NCBI GenBank assembly: GCA_964199315.1
Contig: OZ116702.1
Location: 8,990,001 to 9,054,000, forward strand
DNA: 64,000 nucleotides
DNA from: Orbicella franksi
Lineage: Eukaryota
Reading direction: 5' to 3'
In this document: positions 1 through 14,400 of the stretch, piece after piece
Position numbering within the stretch: position 1 is the first letter of the stretch
Layout: every line of letters begins with the position of its first letter
Translations under genes and position numbers: made by a program
The notes under the pieces: model-generated
Seen by the model: only the letters and a program-made list of their open reading frames with translations
Told to the model about the DNA's origin: nothing
Databases searched by the model: none

Positions 1-230
1 TATTCTCGATCCAACTTGTTGCCTTTCAGTGGTATATTTCTTTTGTACATGAAAGTAACAAAGATTGATCAAATGGCAAGCAAAGTACATATCAATTATT
101 TTAAAAAAAAACTTAAGAATGGGAAATTCCGAAGTTGAGTTTTTATAGCCTTATGAATATCATTGCGGGTCTCTTAAATAAGTCTAAAATGATCTTTACC
201 GGCAAATTAACCAAACAAAGCCTTTCTTAC

Positions 231-3200
231 CTGATGGCATTTAAAGCATACCCACTCAAAAGAAGGCCTTCTGGAATCAATTTCATTTGTACCGGCTGCA
301 AGGTCAGCTTCAGCCTGTCTGAACCAACGCTTAGCCTCTTCAGGCTGCGGATTTCTAAGGCAGAACCTTGGAGGAATTTGACGTGATGACGATTCCAAGG
401 AAACGTCCAAATTAGCGAGTCTTTCTTTGTACTCCTCACGCCGCGTGCCATGCTCTATTGCACGTGTTACCCAAGCATCAATATATTCGTCGTAAGAGCC
501 ACCCAGTTGCGAGATTGTATTCTTGATGTGCTCAAACGCCTCTGAGCAGAATTCTTCATCTCCCAAGTTCTTCTCTGGGTGCCAACGTAGAATTAGCCGC
601 TTCACGATTTGTCGTTTTTGTTCTTCTGGTAGTCTCCATGCATCCTCCAGTTGCTCTGAAATCTCTCCAAAAATCGCCTCTTTGTTTCTGTTTCTGGGGC
701 GTTCTTTCTCCCTTTCAGATATATCTTGTATACGGTGGAATTTGTACAAGACGGCAGCATTGACCTCAATCGGTTCTTTGTCGTATCCAATGTTGATTTG
801 GTACATCTTTGTCAAGAGGATAGCATCTTCATCCATCACTTCGACCTCCTTGATAATCACAGCGTAGATGTACGTAGCGACCCCTTCCTCGAGTTGGAGA
901 CTCGGGTCATGTAGCTGATAACCCACATATTCCCCAGGTTCAAATTCCAAAAAGGCGTCATTCAGCAGATGATGCTCCTCGATTGGAATAAAGCCACCTG
1001 GCTCTGCATAAATGCCCATATCTGTTCCATCATAGGTGTCATCTCGTCGAATGCGCCTCCTATCCAGTAGAGGCCATATGTCACCAAGCGGACAATGCAA
1101 CATCTCAGGAATTAGTACCATTTTCTTTCCCAGAAGCTCACCATAAATCTCTTCAATTACCTGGGCTATCAAGGAGGCAGCGTTGCTCATTCCTGTTACA
1201 GAATTCAAATACACCTTCAACTTTTCCTTGCCAGACACCACAACTTTCTCTTGAAAGAATGGTACATCTTCCTCACTTCCGGAAATGAGTTGACCGTTGT
1301 GAAAGAGTGAGGTTTTAAGGCTTTCTACGGCACAAAGCTCTATGTTTCGAAGACCATATTCAATATCAGCGGCTATTCCTTCATCAAATTGCTTCTTCTG
1401 CGAGTCAACGTGTCGAACAATTCTGATAATGCCCTGTACAAATTGAGCAGACAAAAGCCTCGTCGTCAATGCACTGACAGCCCCACTTGTCACTATTGCA
1501 CCGTCGGTGAGTTTTTCTTTTACCACAGAGGACAGCATCACTGGTTGTAAAGGTGTAGGCAATTTCATCATTAGCTCTTCGTAGTTTGTCATGGCAGATT
1601 TTGGTCTGGCATCCAGCAGGCTAAGCTCAAGCACAAAACGTATGTTGAGCCTCGCGATCCTTGGTCCGTAAGCAGGTACATCATCGAAAACCAGCTCGGT
1701 GGACTTGTGCAAAGTCATAGGGATTTTTTTCAGAGGCTTATCAGAGGAGCGCGTTTCTGGAAACTTTGGTGGTAGGTACAGATATTCAGGAAACGTCGCT
1801 GGTAAGTACAGATTACATACTGCTGACGCTTCAACAGGATCGTCTTGAAGCCTTGCAAAGAAACCTTTCACTGCCTTGGAACACATTCTTATTTCATTTT
1901 GGTGCAATTTGTCATCCCGGCTACTTTCCTGCAACATCTCCAAAACCATGGCATAATGGGTAGCTCGAACAGCCTTGGAACAGCCCAGGTACTCAAACAA
2001 TCGCTGAAACTTGCCAAATTCGGGGGGAATTTTGTATAGATATGGCTTAATCTCAAGACTTTCGTACAACTCAAGGACTGCCTGACTGGGCAGAATGAAC
2101 CTCTTTCCTTCTTCAACTAAAATGCATGGAGTAGTTTCGAGGAGCCTTTTCGCTTCATATCCTGTGGTCGCGTTGACCTGCAGGAAGGCGTAAATACTTT
2201 CCATGACCGCCATTACCGCGGAGCGTTCTTCAAGTGAAGCAGTTTGTATCTTCCTTTTACGTTCAAAATGGATGCAAATGTTTTCGCAATGACTAACTAC
2301 AAGATTTACCGATGGCTTCTTCACAATTTGGAGCTGGGCGAGAAAAGAATTGCAGTACTGCTCGATGTTGACACCATGAGGACGATCAAATTCGTATTGA
2401 CGAGACCTTGGATCTGCCCACCCTGGAAGCAAGTGTGCTTTCGTCCATACGATGTCTTCGTAATCCTTGAAAACTGCCCCTTTGAATGCAATGAAGGGAA
2501 CTTCGCCATCCATTGTTGCGCCTAAAGCTCGACAGACTGTTAGCAGTGGTTCTGTAACAGGGTCTGCAGCTACGAAGGGAATATCACAGACCATTTGTAA
2601 AAGACCTTCACCCACTACATTGGGTCGAGAGATTAGGTGATCCACCAGAATACGTGACCTCGTGAATGTATTCTTATTTCGCTTTGTGGCAGCTTCGTGT
2701 GCAACTTCTGTAGCAAATCTTTGAAAATCATCTTTAGAAACATTCTGCACCAGGCCTATCATTTCCAAAAAGGGCAACCATTCTTCTGAAGCGAAAGGGT
2801 CTGGTGGAAACTCGTCCTCTGTTAGCATGGACTTGAAAACAGGAATTCGGGGATCACAGAAACTCGACGCAGTCATCAACGTGCCGTCCTTGTTTGGAAT
2901 GAACTTCACTGTTTTCAAATAATCTAACAGCTTTTGCCTCCCGATTTCTCTTTCATTTTTCTGTTTTGAACTTCCTGAATAATGAAATTGGCAAATATAT
3001 CTGATATGAGCCAATGTTCCTTCTTCACTGAAATACGGAAAACATTTGAAAACAAACTCGAGATACGCTTCAACAGGAGAGACACTTTCAACGTCCAAGA
3101 ATTCATAAAGATCTGACAGGCTTGAGTTGGATTTCAAAAACAAACAGTCAAGAACTGATTCCACAACATCCATCTCTTCTTCGGGTAATTCATCAGGTAT

Positions 3201-6200
3201 AATACACGATTTTCTCTCCTCGAGTTTTGCAAGACCACCTCTTGCTGTGGGGTAAAATGGCAGCTTCCTCAAGATTTCTTTGTCAACATCTGTGAGACTT
3301 TGCACGTTCCGGTTAAAGTACTCTAGGACAACTGTTGCATGTGAGGGCTGTAATTTCCCCTCAAGGGAAAGAGGATCCGTTTCTAGAGCCTGTTTGAGTG
3401 CTGTAAGAAGGGACTTTGGTGTCTTGAGAGAGGCTACGAGATTACGTACGAACTGGTACGAATCTGGTTTGGTGTAAGGTGTGGTAAGCAAGTATATTGT
3501 TGTAATTACTACTGAATTAACCTTTGGTAAGCCCAAAGATCCTACAATAGTAGCCAGATTCCGATCTGAGATACCACAGTCAGAAAAGTCAAGAACAGTT
3601 TCAGCCATACAAAGCGGCACCAAGAAATGATCTGTCAATATTCGTTTGTTCACAACAGTCTTTGAAGAAAAAGATGTGGAGGATCTTTCCACGTGGATCG
3701 TTTTCGTTGCGGGAAGAAGGCACCATTTAGATAGTGGCGAAAGCAGCGTACGAATGAATTCTTCTTTACAGTCCTCAGTTATCTCTGCTTTAGTCATTGC
3801 ATCGTTGACAAACTCTTGCAAGAAGCTCCAAACCCTATAGATCCACTGGTGATTAGGCAAGGTGGCAGATGGGTCATCTGGGCACCATTTCACATAGTGA
3901 TCTTCGCTTATGTAGCTGTATGGTAGGGTTTGGTGTAACAACGAAGCGAACATTTGTACATCCAAAGGTCGAAAAACGGGGTACTTTACGCATTCGGGGC
4001 TGCTAAAAATGTCGCTACGTACTTCTCTGTGAACAAAAATGGACGGGGAACATCGAAAAATATTTTGGTAGCGACTCAGACATCGGGGATTACTTTCGCT
4101 AAAAGCATTCAAGTTGTTGTCCTCAGTAAGAAGCAGTGGAAGTCCAGAGAGACTCTTCAAAAAATGGTCGTCGTCTTTGCAGTACTTGAGGACACGGATC
4201 ACTCCTTGTTCGTTTTTGAATGGTGTCTTGTTCACAGGGCATGGAATCTTCCCAACATTGCAAAGCGGATCAGGATCACCAAACGATTTGTAGAAATTCA
4301 TAACTGCAGTGGGTGAAACACAAACCACCTCCACTTCTGCCTTCTTGAGTGACTCGAAAGTGGTCATTGAAAATACGACAAGTTTTAAACCAGTCTCGAG
4401 CAAGATTTCTTCAAATTTGGACTTCCGCCTGATTCTTCCTTCTTCTCTTTTTATTCTTTTTTCTTTCTCTTCTTTGCTTTCAAGGCCACATTTTCGGGGT
4501 GTGGCAGCAAAACAGCCTTTTATTTCGAGATTGTTAAAGTAGATTTTATCTTTTCCGGTACCTGACAGTGGAAACCACTCTACCTGGACTCTCTCAGAAC
4601 CGTACGATTTCTCACGGCGGTAGCTAGAATTCTCTTCCGCTTTCCTCACTAATGGGATCAAGCGCATCTTCTTTTTGCTCATCATTTGGTAGACTACCTC
4701 AACCAATGTCTTCCAGTACGTATCCTCTATGGGTAACCTTGGAAAGAGCTCCTCATATGTACTTAACTTTCGTAAAGTCGTACTTCTGCAGTTACTGCGA
4801 GATTCAGTACGAGATTCAGCACGATCCTGAACGATAGGCAAATGGAGGAAAACGCGAACTCCGTCTAGAAGGGTCAGATAGCATGACGCAATGACGTCGC
4901 GCAACAAGGCATTGTTCCAATCAGTCCTGTAGTCGCCGGTTACATCTCTCCACAAATTTCTCCTTGCCTCGTGGTCCAATGCAAAGTGCCCATTGATGTG
5001 AACTGGCAAATCTGTTTCAAGTGGAAGTGGAAGAAAGCAGTACGCTTTCTTCTTCCTATCTAGCTGCTCCCTCGAGTTTGTACTTTCCAGAAGGCACGCA
5101 ACACCACCTCGAGGAAGCATCCCCAGCTTTTGTCTCCTAAAAGCATCGACAATTCTCTTGTCCACCGCTTTCTCAAAGCCAACCTGTTGGACAATCAACC
5201 ATGTTTCCTCTCTGCCGGATGAATCTCTCAACTTCATAGTATACGTACACTTTTGGACATTTACGCTTGTGGGTAGGGAATTGTTGCTCTCTTTCACACG
5301 ATTCCCGATCCCTTTGATACAATCAGCGAATGCTTTCCTCTTTCTGTCATCATCTTCGGAGAGAAGCACTTCAACAGAGTATCTGTCCGTCAGCTTCCCT
5401 GATGATTTATCTATTCCACAAAGACTAATCTTCTTCACATTGTTAACAAAAAGGAGAATGTCGAAAAGCTCCTTCTTCAGGTCTTCCATCATCTCGTCTA
5501 ATTTCTTCACTGTTACCACAGCTGACGATATGTTAGAAGTTGGCGCCATTTCCTCCGTTCGTAGGGGAAGCCTGAACATTGTTGAATTCTGGATGGAAAA
5601 AAGATCCTCGAGATAACAAGGGAAGACATCTGGGAACTTTGTTCTCATTTTCTCTATGTCTTTATACATTCTGCCAGGTTCTTTATCGGTTGCATTCGGG
5701 ACATACTTGCAATGTGGGTCGAATACACACAACACATCTCCAATTTCTTTACCCCTTGACATGAATGAGGGCACATCAGTCAAGTGGTAGACAGCATTGA
5801 ATCCGACACCATATTGGCCAGTCTTGTTTGGATCATCGCCCTTACTACCCTCGCCAAGGGTCTGTATTCCTTTGATATCTGCATTAGTGAAAGGTTTGTT
5901 GTTGTATACACACAATGCCGGACCTTGCAGTGGTTTCCAGCTTTCTTTCAACACTCTTTCATCAGGATGGTATCTTGGGTCCTTTATGAAACAAATTTCC
6001 GTTGCTCGCGCATCATCTGCATTTTGAAGAAGTTCTTTCAAGATGTCCTTCTCACATGGGTAACCTGTAAGAATCCGTTTCAGACGAGTTGTGAGTTTCT
6101 CTCGTTGTCCACAGGGAAGCCCAAAGTCATGATGTTGTAGGGCTTCGTCTCTTCGTGTTTTAACACCCAAGTGAGAACATGTTGGCCACGGAATTTTCTC

Positions 6201-9200
6201 ACTGACAAATTGAATACTTTCGTCGTCATCATCATCGGATATCCAAGGGCAGTCCTTCATACAAAGTTGAGATACTGGTCGCATTACTCTCCTACAGGAA
6301 GGAAGATAAATAGATCCCCATTTATCAGGTATTTTTGAACAATCGCCAGTTGACCGTTCGAGTATCTCCCCTAGTTGAATCGCCATGTGGACTGTCACTT
6401 CAAGAGTTTCCTCATCAAGTTGCCTGTCATGGAAATGTCGCTCTACCCGTTGAAGACTTGAGATGAAATCTTTCTCCTCAAACTTCTCTTTCACGCCAGC
6501 AAGTTTCATGATATCGGAACAGGAATCGGCAAGATGTTCTGGAAGCTTATAAAGGTACGGAGAGCAGTCTGCGTTAATTTCCAGGGCCACCTGGTCTGCA
6601 GGGAGAAATCTCTTCCCTGCAAGAATGAACTTCTTGTCAACTAAAAATTGCATGATCTCAGGGCTGTGACTGCTCATCATTTCCTGCAGAAAGGAATACG
6701 CCTCAGTGCAAACACGGTTGACTTCATCATAACCTTCGCGATCCAATGAATCGATGTCAGTGCATATTGCTTCTTCAAGCTGGCTCATTATATGCTGGAT
6801 GCTGACTTCTTTGTTTCTCAACTTCAACAATTCTGTCACCTTTTTGGGGATTTCCAGGTCAACAAGGGGCTCCGTGCAACATACAAGATACTTCTTTTCC
6901 TTCAGGAATACAACTTTTGGTGCGACCAGAAGATTTCTTCTGCTTTGAAATTCGTCTCCTTTCCAGGGAAGGGGAAAGTGCTCTGGTTTTCGAAGAACTG
7001 GGAGAAATTTAGCCTCTACAAGGCGTGTCATAATGGGTTCTGTAGGACCTTTACCCTTGCCTTTCATTTTCTTTTGAATAAATGAGAGCAACACCTTTAC
7101 ACGCTTGACTGCCGCTTTGCTGTCAACTGCATTTATCCTGTCGATACTCTCTGCTCTCTCCGCAATCTCCTTCCAAGGAAGAACATCTGACACCATTCCA
7201 AGCTGTTCAAGTTTGGTTAGTCGTTGACGGTTAAGAAAGGTTTCGTCAGTTCCACAAGGAAATTTGCCATCGTCAGGGCAGAATAGAGTGGATACTTCTG
7301 TGTTTGGATTTACAAGTTGGCTAGGACACTTCAGACTTTTGCCACGGGGTGATGCTGGAATACTGGCATGCGTCTTTATCAGTTCATCTAGATCTCTAAT
7401 GTTGTTATCCAAAACATGCAGCACCAATACATCTCTCAGGTCTGAACGAACTTTCAGAATGTTTGGAAAGAAAATCTGATGGAAAAAACGTCTCTTGTCG
7501 TACGTTCTAGTCTGAATTATTTCCCACAGACCACAATCGTGAAAAGACTGGAACACGTCTGCTGGCAAATCGATTACCACTTCGTCTTCTTTAGCCAACG
7601 TCTGAAGCACGGCAAATGAAGTGTCACCTATTTGAGGCTCCAAGCGAAACCTTGGATCGAGAAACACTACATGACGTATGTCAACCCATTTACGTCCATC
7701 TGCGGAGAATAGGGCATGATCTCCAACGGCAAGTTGTTCATAGAAGGACTGCAGGACAGGCCAACAGTCTCTATGTACTTCATCCGCCTTTGGCCATAAT
7801 GAATGGCACTTATAAGAGCCGTCATCTGGAACAATTGACTTGATGTCTTCAAGAAGAGAAAAATAGGCAGACAAAATGGAGTCTTGCATAAGTACTTTGT
7901 TCCAGTCGAAGCCATGGCATCTCTTGTCGTCTTCAACTTTCGACTGTAAGTGACGTCTGTTAGCAGCTAATGCGAAAGCTCCATTAATGTGCAATGGTAG
8001 GCCACTATGGATTGGAAGTGGAAGATAGCAGAAGATGACACCATTATGCGTTGGTTCATCCCCATCAACTTTAGCAGGCAATGGCAAAAATGTATTATTT
8101 CCAGTTGGTACCAAACGAACAGCTGCTCCACCTGATGGAAGGAGACTTTCGTCGGTTTCCACAAACTGCATTGCTGAACCATTGCCCATTGCAGAAACCA
8201 CGAGCCACGTGAAACGCTCATGACCAAGACACCCGAAACCGTTAAAGAACTTCAAGCCCAGTGTAGTAAAACGACAATCGATATCAACTACTATGGAACA
8301 TTCAGGGAATTTACTTGGATGGACAGTGTGGTATCTTGCCTCCCTCGCTACCTTCGATGACGCTTGAAGAAAGCAACATCGCCTCAGGAAACGCTGCTCT
8401 CCAGCATCCAGTTTCTTTGCAGTAACTGGTAATGTCACCGGGAAAGACAATTCTCGAAGAATTCCTTCCTGGGACATTGATTTGGAGACCTGAAACATCA
8501 AAGCAGGCAGAGACTCTTGACTTGTTTTTCTTGGCAAACTGTAGATTTCCACACGCAGAACATTTTGTGTAAAAAGAAGCAGAGACCTCGACCTATGAAT
8601 GAGCATTTGTAGCAACTCTCGTATTTCGCGGTCGTCGTAGTTCAGCTTCTTAATCTCACTTCCCAGGGCTTGCTCTCGAGTCCTCAACGGAAATCGAAAA
8701 AGCGTTCCATTAAATGAGTTGTCTTCCTTGCTCAAATGCAAATCGCAGCCAAAGATGCCGTTAAATGGTTTGAATTGATTTGCGAATTTGCAAAGCCTCT
8801 TCACATCTTTGTTGAGATTGATCTTCATCCCTGGCTTCCTTTTGTTCCTGATGGCCTTCCCGAGGTATGACGTGTGAGGATCAAAAATGACAAAATAGTT
8901 CCTACTTAAGATCATGGGCACATCTGTCAAATTGTACACCGCATTGAAGCCAAGTCCAAACCTACCAATCTTTTCGGTATCGTGCTCTTTTGTTGCTTCG
9001 TTGAGTTTTGCAATGTTCTCAAAATCTTTATCTCTGAATTCAGCGTCGTTATAGACCCACAAAGCAGGACCTTGACAACCTTTCATGCCTTCGTCAATCA
9101 AGCAAGTCATGGCATCCTCGTTCATTCTTTCATCATAGAGAAATCTGACTTCAGTGGCACCGGCATCGTCTGCGTTTTGCACAAGCTCTTTTAGAACTGA

Positions 9201-11440
9201 AAATCCATCCGTGTACTCCTCCAGAAGTCGGTTCAGTCGAGTAGTAAGCCTCTCTTCCTGTCCAAACTCTTCTCCTATGTACAGCTCATCCGCGTCCAGA
9301 ATTCTATTGGTGAGGCTTCGAACACCAAGGCGTTCGGCTGTACTGTTAGGGACATTGGGGTGTACATAAAAATAGTCCATGCCTTCATCGTCACCTTCTC
9401 TCTTCAACCAATCGTGGTCGCAGTACATACAGCACTCCACTGGCTCAAGCCTTACATGTGAGTTGTCGTCAGTGTGTGTTGGTAGAACAATTTGCCTTTT
9501 TAGCTCTTCTGTCAACTGCCCACTTGCCAACTCATTCACAATGTTGACGGATAACTGAAGATCTTGCTTTACTTCCAAAGCGCTGGACAGGACAATTCCA
9601 TCATCATACTTCTCTTTAATCATGTGAAGGACCTCTACCAGAACAGCTGGATTACTGCTTTCCCTCATGCCAAAACGGTAAAACAGCTCAGCGTACTTAG
9701 CCATGTCGCTAGGAAGAAAATGTATGTAGGGTGTAAGATCAATGTGTGGCTTGCTGAAAAGCACATGGCTAGGTGAGGAAAAGCCATCTCCATTCCACAC
9801 CCAATCAAATTCTTCAAAACAGTCAAATGCCCGATCCTTATCAACGTCCTTTGCTGGCACCCGACTTAGCAGCAAGTAAATTTCGTTTACCACAACCATA
9901 AAGAGCGGTTTTTCTTCTTTTGAATACGATCTGATCACATTCTGCAAATGCTGAATGACCTGGAAGACACCGGGTGGGTACTGCCAGCCAAAATACTTGG
10001 AAACTTGACCGGATGGCTGTACTTCCACAAGAGGCATAACCGTTCCAATAAGGTTCGCAAGGGACTGACTTCTCACTTCAGTTGGCTTGAAAAAGTGTTT
10101 GCCATTTTCTTCGCCCTCTTCAAACCATGCCAGTCCCGGAGGATAGTTAGGGGGCCTTTTTCGCAATCTTGAAACCCAGGGAATGTCCTTCAGTAAGGCT
10201 CCTAACGGTTGTCCATTGAGTGACTCCAACAAGTTTTGGGGATTTTCACTGAGGAACTGCAAAATTGCCCTCGATTTCCGTTCTGCAGTTGGAAGGTGAG
10301 TAAGCCCACTTACCAATTTGGCACTTTGGTACAAATCGTATCCAGCGATGCTGTCCTCGTTTTTCATTCCAAGTTCCTCTAACATGGCGAGTACAGAACG
10401 TTCGGCGTATTTGACTGTGGGGAAGACATCTTCGTCGACAAATATTTTCTTGAGGACCATGTTTCTGGGATCAAAGAGGTCTGATGCTCTTCCGCGCCCC
10501 CGATGTTTGGAGACAAAGGGCAAGGCTTGTAATTTCTGTTTGAAAGAGCCATTTTTGCGAATTTCATAAGTGTGGTTTTCCAGTACATAAGTCATGAGTT
10601 GGTCAATCTGCTCTCCAGTGTACTTTCCTCGCTGTATGTCTGGAAACACCATTTGGCAGAGTAACTCAGTTGGCGTTAGAATCTTGACGTCTAAAAGAAC
10701 TGCTATAGTCTTGGAATCGTGCTCGGTAATGTCAATCAGCTCTCGCAGAGGTGGAACCGGAAGAGAATCAGCAACCGTTGCACAAAGAACCTCCTCCTTT
10801 GATACGAACTTCTTGGACAGCGTCTGGAAAATGGGAAGCGAACACAGAAGATTGTACTCCGCTTGTCCCACAGATGACCGTCTCACACGGGCCAGAAATG
10901 ACCTGAGGAGGTGCTTGTCGTTGGTAGATAACATCGTGCACACGATTTCTGAAAACCTTCCAGCTGCTGCCATCTGGCTAGAGGAACACGCCATTGCTTG
11001 CAAAACGCCTTGTACAGAAGGTGAATGTACAAACGTCCCCAAGACAGCGGGATGGTGTCTTAAATAGGCGGGAAAATCATTCATGATGATTAAACCAAGC
11101 TTCCTTAAAACATTCGTCAGTGAATCGTCTAGGCAATCATAACTTAGGGATTTGACAACAACTTTTGAAGGGCTGCAAAGTCGAACCAAGGTTACAGGCG
11201 TTTGTGTCATGTCTAGTGGAATCAGAGGTAGTTTTCCAAGTCTCTGAATATCTTCCTCTGTGGTGAAATGTTCTTGAAGATATCTCCAGACAACCTTGAT
11301 CCAGTCTCTTGGAGGATGGTTGTGATTACTGTCATCGGGGTACCACGGAACGGTATTACCCCTACTCCACTCAGGCGGTAGGGCCTCGCAAAGAAGAGAT
11401 GGTACATCTTCCTCGCACAATAGCCGTAATTGCGTATCTT
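231..11440 (-). CDS. SACS: Giant 11.2-kb exon of sacsin copy 1
   Basis: Within ORF 207..11567. Acceptor tttgtttgacag ends at 11441, donor at 230; phase 1 joins the exon ending 11738 (DQ-E-DTQL). Confidence 0.93.
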
Positions 11441-14400
11441 CTGTCAAACAAACATAACAACATAGTGACGGTCTCCGTCGTAAAACACTTAATATTAGGA
11501 CGTTTTTCACCATAATGTTGTTATACCAACGGAAAAGAATTAAACGATAAATACCGACATGCTTCAATTGTCTTTGTTACAATTTTGGTAAGCTTATTCG
11601 TTGTAAGACCGTTCTGCTTTCCACTGTGCCATACGACTTATGAAAGGAATGCCATTAACTACTTTAGATAGTAAAATAAAGAATAACCAATTGCTGGGTA
11701 AGATATAACCATACTCGTATCCAAAAAAACATTATACCTTGGTCAGCTGCATCTTCCAGCTTCCTAATGACGTCCCCATCGACTGTGTCATCAATGAAAC
11801 GGTGTCCTAGACCAGGAAAAAGTTCTCGGGGATGATGAGGCGAGCAAATATAAATTTTCTCTCCCCGATATGAAAATGTTGTGAAGGCGCCATTGGAGAG
11901 GGGCAACAACTTCAGGCCGCAGAGTTCGTCAAATTTGCGGTCTTTAAGACAAAACTGAAGAAGTAGTAGTTTCTCTCGTCTATTAAGGTTCTGGTAACAA
12001 GAAGGGACTTGCTTCAGTGCTGCTCTTGTGCCACTGGGTGTGATATTCTTTACAGAAGCCCCTGCATAGCACAAAATGGCGTCTGCGACATGACTGGGCA
12101 CTGAGACGACAGGCACATCAGCTGCTAGTAACACTCGCTGAAGCAGCTCTTTAGGTTCATCTCTAGACAGCAGGTCAAAGACGACTTTCTGTACTGTCAG
12201 CCACTGACCAAGATGTGCTGGGGTATAAACAACTTTTTTCTGCAGTAGCAGGGTAAACAATGGTTCTTTTATCTTCTCCCACTTTGGGTCAATGGAGCTG
12301 ATATCTGGCCATGCCCTGCAAGAAACAAATAAGCGTAACACTTCATCAGATTCCTGGTTTCGATACCAGTACAGCAAGCAATGCTCTTTCCAATATATAC
12401 TACAGCCTTGTAGACATTTTTGAAAATACATCATTTCTAAGCGCAATTTCCGCCGCTCTCTCAGCTCTCGTGGGTTCAGAGAACAGCGCCTGCAAATCAA
12501 GCCTAATTAAATTGTGAAAAAGATAATTTCGATGCACTACATACTCCGTGTTTGAATAAAATAACGTTTTTCAACAAGTCTAGATTACTGCCACACGTCA
12601 AATAGTTCCACAAACTACGTTTCGTGGAAAGAACATGGGTACAAAAATACTTAAGACATGTCATGTGCTTTCAACCAGGGATGACTTCTGAGCATAGAAT
12701 TAACCATCTATAACTCACGTGAAAGCACGTTTCAGGACCAGCAACAACAAATATTTCATTGTTGGAGATATATTTATCCAAGCGCAAGACAGTTATTAAC
12801 CGAGTCACTGCCCTGAAAAAATGACACTTACTTGAAGATGGCTGTCTTTGGTACGAACAATGATTTCTCGTTAATGGCTTCCAAAATCATCGTGGTATAC
12901 GCTCTGGGTATGGCCTCCCCGAGAAGATACCTGTTCCATAGTAACGACTTGTCCGTCAGCTGCCGACCACAGGTCTCCCGATCCTCTTGATCCGCATTTG
13001 GAGATTTGATATAACGCCTGTTCTGACTCAAAGCAAAGAAGCCGTTAATGTGCACCGGCAAACCTGTCAAGCTCCTCTTTTGCACCGGCAGAGGCAAGAA
13101 GCAAAACACGTGGCCTTTGATGTCGGGCGTTTGCAGTTTCGGACCTGTTGGCAGTGCCATGGCGACACCTACCATAGGTAGATAGTTAAGCTCTTTATCT
13201 GTCATCAGCCTCTTAAACCCCATAGAAACCTCCCCTCCACAAAAGTAATTGGTAACTAGGAAAGAATGCTGCTTCACGTGCGAGCCTAACTTTACTGTCT
13301 CTATCGTGACAGGGTAGGTTACAGTGACAGATTCCATCATCACTTTTCCAGGTTTGAACTTTGAGAGAAACTCCTTTCTCTTCTCTCGAACTATTTTGAG
13401 ACTTTGATCGGCGATTCTCACTTGAAAGGTCCTTTCAGGATCAGACTCTGATTCTTCTCTAATATACAGCTCGATCGATTCCAGGCGTTGAAGAAACAGG
13501 AGAACCAAGTGAGCGTCAGCCTCAAAACTTTCAAACAGTGTATCCATCTTCTCAGCAGAGTAGAGTGTTTCTGACAACTCGGATGGTCTGGTCCTGAAAG
13601 GGAAACGGAACAAGGTGCCATCGTAAAATCCCTGGGAAAAAACATCTTCCGTACAGTCAAAGATTCCCTTGTAAGGAAGGAACTGGTCTGGTATTTCGTC
13701 CATCTCTGCGCGATCTTCATTGAGTCGCCAGTGCTTTCCTGTTCTTCTGTGGCGCTTGTCAGAAAAGTGAACACCATGAGGGTCAATGAAGCCAATTTGG
13801 GAATCACTGAGTAAACTTGGTAAATCTGAGATAGAAGAGCAACACAAACATAGCTAAGAGGACCACTATGGTGTGAAGAACTTTCTTTTAAGTAACGGAA
13901 TATTGAATTCAATCTTGAAACAATTGTTTCACTTTTCTAAACAAAATAGGCCAATTTAATTAACTAAAAAAAGACAAGAATTGTAAAGGTTATTTTGCAG
14001 CTGTGTTGGAAATTCACCAGGTTCAACAAAAAAATGTGAGTCTTTAAGCAGGCTCTCAGCTTCAGTTATGATTAAGAGGGCGCATACGTGTAGACCTAGT
14101 TGTTACTCTGTGAACCTTAGATTCTCTGTGATTTCATATCACTGGATGATTTTTAGTATGGCGTTCAAAAAATGTGATTTGGTCGTAGATCTCTGAAAAA
14201 TTTTTTGCGTTAAGTAGGTTTGAAATGTAAATCTTTTAGTCCCGGTCCAAAACGCCTTTCCACTCATGTGCCGAACCAAACTTGATTAAGTTTTGCTTTA
14301 GAGCGACTTTGGAGCGACGGCTGGTTCAGACGGCGTACTTGCGTCGAACTTAATTCGGGAAGCCATTGGTGACAATTTTCGACGAGAGAATATGCGTTCT

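Noticed and set aside
523-11515. Many 60-157 aa plus-strand ORFs over sacsin 1 (and likewise 29120-36254 over sacsin 2)
   Set aside because: Antisense shadows of long coding exons; S/F/L-rich with no recognisable motifs.
11441-11567. N-terminal 42 residues of the 3,786-aa ORF (MKHVGIYRL..)
   Set aside because: Intron read-through: a clear acceptor at 11441 joins in phase to the upstream SRR1 exons.
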